Shown: positions 8,089 through 16,380 of the stretch, piece by piece
Layout of the letters: every line of letters starts with the position of its first letter
How positions within the stretch are numbered: position 1 is the first letter of the stretch
Origin: Promethearchaeota archaeon
Lineage (GTDB): Archaea; Asgardarchaeota; Lokiarchaeia; Sigyniarchaeales; SOKP01
DNA length: 36,508 nt
Reading direction: 5' to 3'
NCBI GenBank assembly: GCA_016839745.1
Contig: JAEOTS010000128.1
Span: forward strand, 1 to 36,508
Notes under the pieces: generated by a model
What the model saw: the letters and a program-made list of their open reading frames with translations, nothing else
The model's database searches: none
What the model was told of the DNA's origin: nothing
Made by a program: the position numbers and the translations under genes

Positions 8089-9501
8089 TTATTTGTTTGA
8101 AAAAATCTTCTTAGATTTTTTGGATTTAATGAAGAAGTAATAGAGATTAATTAGAATAAAGAAGGCGATGAGTGCTATTTGAAAAGGCAACCAATCGGTG
8201 ATCATAGAGAGACCGAGTAAAGTTAGTAGCAGGTTTGTAGTTATGTCTTTAAGAAATTCACTTTTCTCCATTGATTGTTCTAGTTTTTCCTTGATTATCC
8301 GGTCAGTGTCGATATCTTGCAGGTATTCATCTATTAACTTTTTCAATTCTTCGTCTTCTTTTAGGTAATTTAATGCTTTCGTTGGATTAATTATCCAGTC
8401 TTCCAAGATAGCATTTGAAATAAACGATTTAGTCTGAAACTCAAAAGTAGCATCGAAGAATTTATAAAATGATTCTATATCGAATTTCTCGTCTGACATT
8501 TCGTTTGAAATAAGAGATATTTTTCCATAAATCAGCTTACTATCGAATTTCTGAGGAAAATCGTATAAAATTCTTAAAGCGTTTGTAAATTTAGTCTCAT
8601 AGAATGCGCCTTTTTCTTTAGCCCTGAACACTGGAACGACGGGTATAAACATAGTATCGTTCTTATTTATTATCGTTAATACTTCAGATTTCCTCAAACT
8701 GAGTTTAATCAATTCTTCAATTAGTTTCCTTCCTATTTGAATAATGCGATAAAGAGATTTGTTGGCGTCTTTGTCTTTTGTTTGGCATTTTAGTATTAGT
8801 TTATCTTCGTCGAAATACCCATCCATATCGTCATCAATTATGTGAAAACTACTCGTTTTTTCGTACTTTTTATCGACTTTTAACTTAAATCCATCAAAAT
8901 CAGCGTATGGATATAGACTACTAAGTAAATGATGAGGATTCATATCTCTTCCCGGAACTTTAAAGACGACATATATTTCATTATTTCCATTAGGGATGCT
9001 ATACTTCTTCCAATCAAAATCCAGTTTAAACTCTTTAGGTCTTAGCGTTTTTTTATTAAAATCAGTATAATAAACGTGAGCCCCCTCATCAATAGAAAAG
9101 TGTACCTTTTCGCTAAACCGCAATCTTTTCAATACATTTCCTATTAGAGGTATTTCGGGATTTAACACGTTCTGAATTAAATTTATTCGGAAAGTGTAGT
9201 CTTTGATCCCTGAATTGAGAAGTAAATTGGTCAAATCATATTTAGAAACAACTTTACCCTTCCTTAATACCGTCAAAATTTTCTGTCGTAATAAATCTCG
9301 ATGGGCAGCTTTCTGTTTTTTTTCTAATTCGCTTTCCAGTTTTTTTTTATCTTTAAGTTCTTTAAGCTCGCTTTTTCTCCTTTCTATTTCCTCTTCTGAT
9401 AAGCCTTCCGTCTTCTCTTCTTCTGTAATTATTTCCTCTTCTACATTTTCGTCATAAATAATAAATTTTGATTTAGGAGTTTTTTCGCTCATGTTAAACA
9501 A
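8089..9501 (-). CDS. Hypothetical protein: charged coiled N-terminus, putative winged-helix domain, C-terminal 2-TM anchor
   Basis: E/K-rich N-terminus; RQKILTVLRKGKVVSKYDLTNLL..LIGNVLKRLRFSEKVHFSIDEGAHVYY; hydrophobic hairpin and Lys-rich tail. Start may be ATG 9492. Confidence 0.75.
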   Translation of the reverse strand: MFNMSEKTPKSKFIIYDENVEEEIITEEEKTEGLSEEEIERRKSELKELKDKKKLESELEKKQKAAHRDLLRQKILTVLRKGKVVSKYDLTNLLLNSGIKDYTFRINLIQNVLNPEIPLIGNVLKRLRFSEKVHFSIDEGAHVYYTDFNKKTLRPKEFKLDFDWKKYSIPNGNNEIYVVFKVPGRDMNPHHLLSSLYPYADFDGFKLKVDKKYEKTSSFHIIDDDMDGYFDEDKLILKCQTKDKDANKSLYRIIQIGRKLIEELIKLSLRKSEVLTIINKNDTMFIPVVPVFRAKEKGAFYETKFTNALRILYDFPQKFDSKLIYGKISLISNEMSDEKFDIESFYKFFDATFEFQTKSFISNAILEDWIINPTKALNYLKEDEELKKLIDEYLQDIDTDRIIKEKLEQSMEKSEFLKDITTNLLLTLLGLSMITDWLPFQIALIAFFILINLYYFFIKSKKSKKIFSNK

Positions 9502-9638
9502 TTCATTAGGTGTTTCAGAATAGTATTGAATAATATTATTTGAATTTTTAGAAAAATCGAAAAAATGTGATACAAATAAAATTCATGTTTAATTCTTTAT
9601 CGTAATTAATTTTGCTAATATTATGTTGAGAATTGCTT

Positions 9639-10895
9639 ATGAAAACTGATGAGTCGTGTTCTGATTATATGTTTAATTTCATAGATACAATCTGTAAAAA
9701 GTTTGGACCAAGATATTCGTGTAGTGAATCTGAAAAAAACGCAAATATTTGGATAAAAGAAGAACTTGATGAGTTTTGTGACGAAACATTTATCGATGAG
9801 TTTGAAACTCGACCTGCCCTGTATCCTCAAGGTTTTATCAAGGTAGCGGGATTCTTGGGAGGCATTTCTCCGTTATTTATGCCTTTAAAATTCCCGTTTC
9901 CGATAATATCTCTAATTCTTGTGATCCTCGGTATTACTGTGCTCTATAGCGAGTTATTTCTAATGAAAGAGTGGATTGGGTTTCTTTTTAAAGCTAAAAA
10001 ATCTACAAATGTGTTTGGTGTAATAAAACCTACACAGGAAGTAAAATTTCGTATCATATTTGAAGGTCACACCGACAGTGCTAAAGAAATGAATATTGCC
10101 AGCTATAAGCCCCGAGCGCGCCAGATAATAGGGATAACAGGACTTTACTTTTTATTTCATACAATTATTTTTTCATTATGGAAATTCATTGCTCAATTAG
10201 TTTCGGGAGTGTCCATTGTAATAGTGAATTGGGGAGTCTTTTCTATGACGACAATAGATTTGATTTACTTTATTCCGCTCGCTATAATTTACCCCTTTTT
10301 CATCTTGTTGTTAAAAGGTTTCTTAGGAAAATCGGTTGTATTAGGAGCAAACGATAACCTATCTGCCTCTGCTGTTGCTGTCGCAATAGGGAAATACCTG
10401 AGCAAAAATAGACCGAAAAATGTGGAAGTTTGGATTGGCTCACAAGGAAGCGAAGAAGTAGGTGATAAAGGAGCTAAAGCTTTCGTTGAGAAGTATGGGA
10501 AAATGGGAAAGCTTGATAATTCTTATACCGTGGTGTTAGAATGTTGTGGAGCCGCAGAAGATATAGTTTTAATTGAAAAAGACATGCACCGAGCAGTTTA
10601 TAATACGGAAATCAATAATATGCTTATAAAAGCCCATGAGGAAGCAAAGAAAGAAAATCCTGACTTATTAAATCTACGAACTGGAAGTCTTAAGATTGGA
10701 GCATGTGATGCTTGCCGGTATATTCACGAAGGATTCAAAGCAGCAGCTTTAATGGGAATGGAACACGCAAAAAACAAAGCAGTTAACTGGCATTCTGTTA
10801 ACGACTCTCCAGAAAACATAAATAAAAAGATTTTGGGTGATTTTCTAGATGTTTCGCTCAAATTTGTTGAATTAGTTGATAACAAATACAATTAA
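9639..10895 (+). CDS. M28-family Zn peptidase with transmembrane insertions
   Basis: GHTDS, GANDN, GSEE and WHSVNDS metal/catalytic motifs with hydrophobic inserts between them. Start is ATG 9639 or TTG 9633. Confidence 0.85.
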   Translation: MKTDESCSDYMFNFIDTICKKFGPRYSCSESEKNANIWIKEELDEFCDETFIDEFETRPALYPQGFIKVAGFLGGISPLFMPLKFPFPIISLILVILGITVLYSELFLMKEWIGFLFKAKKSTNVFGVIKPTQEVKFRIIFEGHTDSAKEMNIASYKPRARQIIGITGLYFLFHTIIFSLWKFIAQLVSGVSIVIVNWGVFSMTTIDLIYFIPLAIIYPFFILLLKGFLGKSVVLGANDNLSASAVAVAIGKYLSKNRPKNVEVWIGSQGSEEVGDKGAKAFVEKYGKMGKLDNSYTVVLECCGAAEDIVLIEKDMHRAVYNTEINNMLIKAHEEAKKENPDLLNLRTGSLKIGACDACRYIHEGFKAAALMGMEHAKNKAVNWHSVNDSPENINKKILGDFLDVSLKFVELVDNKYN

Positions 10896-10929
10896 AAAAA
10901 AGAAAAAACGAAAAATTAGGTCTAAATTG

Positions 10930-12381
10930 TTATTTTAATCCTAATTCTCCTAATTTTACTTGGGTTGCATCGATTTTTTCAGGTGTAAGGTCATAATATT
11001 TCCAAAAGAAAAAAGCACCAATAAAGATAAATATAGCCGGGATTAACCCTAAATGTATTTGGATTCCCACTAATGCTTCTGGTGGTTGGATACTTGGATC
11101 TCCACCTTCAATAAATCCCGTTAAAGTATGAACGATAGCAAAAGTTATAGTCTGAGCTATTATTCCTATACGAGCAAAAAACTGCGAAAATCCGCTATAT
11201 ACTCCCTCTTCACGTCTTCCTGTAATTACAACAGATTCATCAATTACATCTGACATAACTGGAAAGATCATAACCCAGAAACCTCCAAGAAAGATACCCC
11301 ATAAAAACATGACAGCAATAACAGCCCAATAATTTGTTACGAAAAGCAGTGGTAAAGCAAATACTCCTAAACCAATAGCAGAAATTAACATAATCTTCTT
11401 GTTATTATTTACTTTATGAGAATATTTAACCCAAACTGGTGATGAGACAATCACTCCAACAAGAAAGGAAGCAAATATTAACGTAGCCATTAAATTAACT
11501 GATATGCCCGGAACTTTTTCTATCACATACCCAACTTCATAATTTAGAGAATTCTGCATCGTAACAACCAGACATTGATACAAAGTATATATTACCATGT
11601 ACACTAGGAAGGATTTTTGCTTTAATGCAATAACTAAGGACTTAAAAAAGGACTCTCTTTCTGGATTTTTTTCGTAAGTTTCCAGATATTTTCCTACAAG
11701 ATCTTTATCTTCTCGAAATCCAGGGATTGCTAAAAGCATTCCAATCAGACCTATTAAAGCAATTACCACTCCTTGTACAATAAATGATTGTAAAACTATA
11801 TCTGGAGCTGCAGTGCCGGGATATTTAAATACTAAAGGAGGTACTAATGCTCCTAACGCTACTCCAATTACACCGATTGGGATATAGATTCCACTAGCGA
11901 CTCTTCGTTCTTTGTTGGACCTGTGTTTCTCAGGAAACAGTGCCATAAAGTTTACAAAAAAGAGTGAATGAAAAGTATCAAATAAACACATTGTCAAAAG
12001 CATCCATGCAAACAAAAACCACGCACCGGATGTGGGATCTGTCACGGGTGGCATAAATACAATTATGTAACTGGCACATAAAGGTATTCCTCCAAGTAAC
12101 AACCAAGGAAATCGCCTACCATATTTCTTTGTAAACTTAAATGGACGGTTAGTTAAGTATCCAATAAAAGGATCGTTGACCATATTATACAAGGCAAATA
12201 GAAATGTCGCTAAAAATATGACCCATACTTCTAGACCTACCACAGCTTCGTAATAAAAGAATACTGTCCCCGTAAATGCCATATTTAAGAATTCTCTTGC
12301 CGCACTACCCGAACCATAAGATGCCATATTCAATTTACTATGACGAACTTCTAACACATCTTCTTTCATTGCTAATACCAA
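10930..12381 (-). CDS. GPH/MelB-family (MFS_2) glycoside:cation symporter
   Basis: NDPFIGYLT, KYGRRFPW, SDVIDE..TGRREEGVYSG and YDLT motifs; about 12 TM. Start may be ATG 12369. Confidence 0.9.
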   Translation of the reverse strand: MVLAMKEDVLEVRHSKLNMASYGSGSAAREFLNMAFTGTVFFYYEAVVGLEVWVIFLATFLFALYNMVNDPFIGYLTNRPFKFTKKYGRRFPWLLLGGIPLCASYIIVFMPPVTDPTSGAWFLFAWMLLTMCLFDTFHSLFFVNFMALFPEKHRSNKERRVASGIYIPIGVIGVALGALVPPLVFKYPGTAAPDIVLQSFIVQGVVIALIGLIGMLLAIPGFREDKDLVGKYLETYEKNPERESFFKSLVIALKQKSFLVYMVIYTLYQCLVVTMQNSLNYEVGYVIEKVPGISVNLMATLIFASFLVGVIVSSPVWVKYSHKVNNNKKIMLISAIGLGVFALPLLFVTNYWAVIAVMFLWGIFLGGFWVMIFPVMSDVIDESVVITGRREEGVYSGFSQFFARIGIIAQTITFAIVHTLTGFIEGGDPSIQPPEALVGIQIHLGLIPAIFIFIGAFFFWKYYDLTPEKIDATQVKLGELGLK

Positions 12382-12601
12382 TTTCTTTTTATTTTTTAAT
12401 TAATAATAATTAGTAATTTAATTATTAGATTCTAATGTTTATAAAATTTTTAGTTTTTGAAAAAGAAACCACATTAACTGATGAATTACTCTATAATCAA
12501 GCTTTTTCTTCATAGTTACAGTTTAGTAAGAAATTTGATATAAGTATATCTATGAAAGAAAAATTATTTTTAATCCACTCACTCTAATAAAATGAGATAA
12601 G

Positions 12602-13900
12602 TTGAAAAAGCCAAACATAATACTTTTCATATCACACGATCAAGGGCAATTTTTAGGCTGTTACGATTCCCCTCAAACACCAAATTCATTGAACACGCCT
12701 AATCTGGACAAACTTGCAAAAGAGGGCATCCGTTTCACGAATTATTTTTGTACAGCACCTCAATGTAGTCCTAGTCGAGGGGGTATACAAACATCGCTAT
12801 ATCCACACCAAAATGGATTAATGGGGCTTGTGAATAAGGGATGGACATTACCTCCTAATAACAAAACGATACCAATGTATTTAAGAGAAAATGGATACTC
12901 AACCCATCTTCTTGGTTTACAGCACGAGAGCGTGGATGCCAAAACATTAGGATACGATACCATAAGTAAAAGGAAGAAGGATTACAATTACGATACGAAA
13001 AATATGTTAAGCGAATACAAGAAATTTATTGAAAAACACAAAGATGATAACAAACCCTTTTATGCAAATTTAGGCGTAATTGAGATACATCGTCCATTTG
13101 ACATATGGAGTGAACCAGTGGATCCAAAAACGGTTATAGTTCCTCCTTTTCTACCTGAATCTGATAAAGTCCGAGAAGATTTAAGTCTATTTTATGGAAT
13201 TATCAACCCAGTAGACGAAACTATAGGAAAAATTATTGAAATTTTAGATAATACTGGTTTAAGAGAGAATACCCTTTTTATTTACACTACTGATCATGGT
13301 AGCCCTTTCCCGAGAGCTAAGTGTACGCTATATGATCCGGGCATAAAGACGCTTCTCATAATGAACTGTCCTAATAACATTTTTTTTACTGGTGGAAAAG
13401 TCTTTGAGCAAATGATAAGCAATATCGATCTTATGCCGACATTATTAGATTTTATTGGAGCAGAAATTCCAAAAAACATAGAGGGGAAAAGCTTTCTACC
13501 TGTTCTAAAAGATACTAATCTCCCTTTTAGGAGAGAAATCTTTACAGAGAAAAACTATCACGAGATTTACGATCCTATGAGGAGCATCAGAACTAGAGAA
13601 TTCAAATACATTCGCAATTATGAACCAAGCCAAAGTCTGTATCAAATACCTATATATATGGAAAAAGGTCTTTCTGGTCCAGAGCTGATGAATAAAGCAA
13701 AAAAGCAAAGGCCGAAAGAAGAACTTTACGATTTAAAGCAAGATTCAAACGAAATCCATAACCTTGCTTATAATCTTGCGTATAATGATATTTTACTCGA
13801 ATACAGACTCATACTTCATAATTGGATGAAAAAAACTCACGATCCTTTGTTAAAAGGGAAAATAAAGGATGAAAGGCAAAAACCACCAAAAAAATATTAA
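12602..13900 (+). CDS. Formylglycine-dependent sulfatase (N-sulfoglucosamine sulfohydrolase-like)
   Basis: KPNII, TPNLDKLAKEG, CSPSR signature, HRPF, TDHG, KCTLYDPG, EELYDL. No signal peptide seen. Confidence 0.92.
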   Translation: MKKPNIILFISHDQGQFLGCYDSPQTPNSLNTPNLDKLAKEGIRFTNYFCTAPQCSPSRGGIQTSLYPHQNGLMGLVNKGWTLPPNNKTIPMYLRENGYSTHLLGLQHESVDAKTLGYDTISKRKKDYNYDTKNMLSEYKKFIEKHKDDNKPFYANLGVIEIHRPFDIWSEPVDPKTVIVPPFLPESDKVREDLSLFYGIINPVDETIGKIIEILDNTGLRENTLFIYTTDHGSPFPRAKCTLYDPGIKTLLIMNCPNNIFFTGGKVFEQMISNIDLMPTLLDFIGAEIPKNIEGKSFLPVLKDTNLPFRREIFTEKNYHEIYDPMRSIRTREFKYIRNYEPSQSLYQIPIYMEKGLSGPELMNKAKKQRPKEELYDLKQDSNEIHNLAYNLAYNDILLEYRLILHNWMKKTHDPLLKGKIKDERQKPPKKY

Positions 13901-13996
13901 GAAATTCATGATTTCTAAATTGTAAGATAATATGAAGATATGTATGTTTGATCATGAAAGGATTCTTTCACGAATAATAAAATAAGAGACGGTAAA

Positions 13997-15142
13997 ATGA
14001 CTGAAAAGTTATACTGGGATGCTCCTTATGAAACATCCTTTAAAGCTGAAGTTATTGATTTCACACCAGAGGGTATTATATTAGATAGAACTTTATTTTA
14101 TCCTGAGAGTGGAAATCAGATAAGCGATAAAGGCGTTATTATTAAGGATGGTAATAAATTTAATGTAGATTTTGTATCAAAGAGGGACGATCTTATAGTT
14201 CATCATTTATCTGATCCTTTTCGTGAGAAATTGAAAATCGGTGACATTATAGAGGGAGAAATTGATTGGGAATATCGGTACGGTATAATGAGAGCTCATT
14301 CTTCACAACATGTATTGTCTGCTATTTTTAAAAATCAATTAGATATTGATACTCTAAAAGCAAATATAAGTTTCGAAGAGGTCTCTCTTCACATAAGTAA
14401 ACGCGTAAGTGAAAATGAGTTAAAAGATGTCTTACGGCAATTCCTTAAGTTTTGTACAATTGAAAAACTACAGTTTCGAAGTAAATTAATACCCAAAGAT
14501 GAAATCAAGCAGTATAGTAAACAGTTGAGAGGGGGAATTTCAGCTGAAAACAACCTTAGAATAATAGAAATAGAAGATTATGATATAAACTGCTGCGGAG
14601 GGACCCATATTGGGGAATCATCGGAGATAGGGTCTGTATATTTTTATGAAATCAAAAAGGGAAGTGAGTTTAAGTATTTTGTGGGAAGCAAAGCGATTAA
14701 AATGCTTTCTAAACAAAATATTGACACACTTGATTTAGCAAGCACATTAAACGTATCTGTTACAAACCTGTTTACCTCTCTTAAGACACAATATTTTAAA
14801 CTTAAGGAGGAAAATGAAAAATTGATTGAAAAAGCGTTAGAACTAATTGCTATCTCTCCTAATACCACCTTAGGGGGTATAAAAATCGGAGTGGTAAATT
14901 TTGAGGTAGATTATAAGTTTTTGTCTAAAGCCTTTAAAAAATTTCCTCCAAAATATCTTTTAATAATGAATTCTGACAGTAACAAAGTACATATTCTTTC
15001 TAATAATGAAGCTTTCAAAGCAAACGAAATTATTGATGAGTTAGTCAAAAAGTTTGGGGGAAAAGGAGGCGGAAGCCCAAGATCAGCTCAAGCTACTCTA
15101 ACTAATGAACTCGTTGATATTATCTCAGAATTAACCTTTTAA
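13997..15142 (+). CDS. alaX: Free-standing alanyl-tRNA editing protein AlaX (long form with DHHA1 domain)
   Basis: LDRTLFYPESGNQ.SD.G, HSSQH and CGGTH zinc motifs, C-terminal GGKGGG. Confidence 0.9.
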   Translation: MTEKLYWDAPYETSFKAEVIDFTPEGIILDRTLFYPESGNQISDKGVIIKDGNKFNVDFVSKRDDLIVHHLSDPFREKLKIGDIIEGEIDWEYRYGIMRAHSSQHVLSAIFKNQLDIDTLKANISFEEVSLHISKRVSENELKDVLRQFLKFCTIEKLQFRSKLIPKDEIKQYSKQLRGGISAENNLRIIEIEDYDINCCGGTHIGESSEIGSVYFYEIKKGSEFKYFVGSKAIKMLSKQNIDTLDLASTLNVSVTNLFTSLKTQYFKLKEENEKLIEKALELIAISPNTTLGGIKIGVVNFEVDYKFLSKAFKKFPPKYLLIMNSDSNKVHILSNNEAFKANEIIDELVKKFGGKGGGSPRSAQATLTNELVDIISELTF

Positions 15143-15238
15143 ATTTTTGAATAAAATTGGGACTATGAGTTTTTATGGTTTAGTAATTAATCTTCTTACA
15201 TCTAGACAGATATTTTAATAAATTTATTTTATTACGGG

Positions 15239-15652
15239 TTAAATTTCATAGGTTTCTATTGTTAATCCAAAATCTTGAAAGTGACGAATATTTCTTGTTA
15301 TCAACTTTTCGGTATTCATTAGTTTTGCTGTTGCACCAATTATACAATCTGCTAAATCAAGTATAATTCCCTTTGCTCTTAAATGACCTTTCAAACTTCC
15401 TGATTCTTGGAGGATTTGTAAATTTAGAGGAATTACATGAAATTCAGAAAGAATTTTTTCTATTTGGTCCTTGATTTGATTATAAATTTTCTCATTCTTT
15501 ATTTCTTTTGTATATCCTAATCCATCGTAAATCTCGGCAATAGTTATAGCAGAAATACATATGGATTGGTCAGAATAAGGCTTTAGAACAGATTTTACTT
15601 TAGATCTACCACGCCAAATATCAATAACTACTGTAGTATCCACGATTATAAT
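15239..15652 (-). CDS. vapC: VapC PIN-domain toxin (probable ATT start at 15652; ORF track starts at GTG 15643)
   Basis: (M)IIVDTTVVID, SAITIAE, DCIIGATA and TRNIRHF PIN motifs, immediately downstream of the antitoxin. Confidence 0.9.
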   Translation of the reverse strand: MIIVDTTVVIDIWRGRSKVKSVLKPYSDQSICISAITIAEIYDGLGYTKEIKNEKIYNQIKDQIEKILSEFHVIPLNLQILQESGSLKGHLRAKGIILDLADCIIGATAKLMNTEKLITRNIRHFQDFGLTIETYEI

Positions 15653-15654
15653 AA

Positions 15655-15909
15655 CTAATCTCCCCAGATTTCTGAGAATTTTGAATATGAAATAATAGCA
15701 TCTTTCTTTTTTCCTTCCTTAATTGTTATTTCAAACTCATCTAAAATATCATCCGAAAGATTATTTGCGATACCAAAATGTTTTAAAGGGTCCTTCTTTT
15801 GATTTTTAATCAACCGTTCTAATAATTCTGAAAAGCTTTCATTCGGATTTTTTAATTTCTTCAGGTTTTTATATATATCGTCCCTAATTGAAATCATTTT
15901 AGAAGTCAT
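15655..15909 (-). CDS. vapB: Archaeal VapB-type antitoxin
   Basis: MTSKMISIRDDIYKNLKKLK..NESFSELLERL is the typical archaeal VapB N-terminus; gene lies upstream of the PIN toxin. Alternative ATG at 15921. Confidence 0.85.
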   Translation of the reverse strand: MTSKMISIRDDIYKNLKKLKNPNESFSELLERLIKNQKKDPLKHFGIANNLSDDILDEFEITIKEGKKKDAIISYSKFSEIWGD

Positions 15910-15925
15910 ATCTTTAACCATAGAT

Positions 15926-15949
15926 ATAAATATTTATATAAATATTTAT
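15926..15949. promoter_or_regulatory. Tandem palindromic operator overlapping the TATA box of vapBC
   Basis: ATAAATATTTAT twice head to tail, forming a 24-bp perfect palindrome that contains TTTATATA on the minus strand about 26-33 nt before ATG 15909. Confidence 0.6.
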
Positions 15950-15979
15950 CCGTGAAGACTTATAATCTTTTCTGAATAC

Positions 15980-16225
15980 TTAAGAAATTCTTGGTTTTAT
16001 AATCATCTTTAAGGCTTTATCAATGGGTAATTCCTTTAATCCACTAGCTTTTTCATAATGGTCTCCACAAAACCATTCTGCATAAGGAGGATGTCCAACC
16101 ATTCCTTTCTCTTCCATCATTGTATCCCATTTTTTATCAGAAGGTCTCTTTTTAAAATATATTAAACCTCCTTCATCGGGATAATCTAATCTTTTATCAC
16201 AAATACAACAAACTGGGGGTTTCAT
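15980..16225 (-). CDS. Small hypothetical Zn-binding protein
   Basis: 81 aa with CCICD near the N-terminus and WFCGDH later (CxxC...CxxH). Confidence 0.75.
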   Translation of the reverse strand: MKPPVCCICDKRLDYPDEGGLIYFKKRPSDKKWDTMMEEKGMVGHPPYAEWFCGDHYEKASGLKELPIDKALKMIIKPRIS

Positions 16226-16380
16226 TTTACTTAGTCTCTTATCAATTCATCACTATAGTTTTAATTAAATTTGAAAACTTAGAATTTTTCTATAATATGC
16301 AAAATGTTTTGTATCAAATTTATTTGAAAAAAGTCATTATTGATATTAAATTTATTTTTAATCATAAAGAAGTGTGTAGT

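Noticed and set aside
13952-13973. Hairpin TCATGAAAG-gatt-CTTTCACGA containing ATGA...GA, as a possible SECIS
   Set aside because: The stem is too short for SECIS geometry and the flanking genes have no recodable TGA. It could at most be an operator or terminator.
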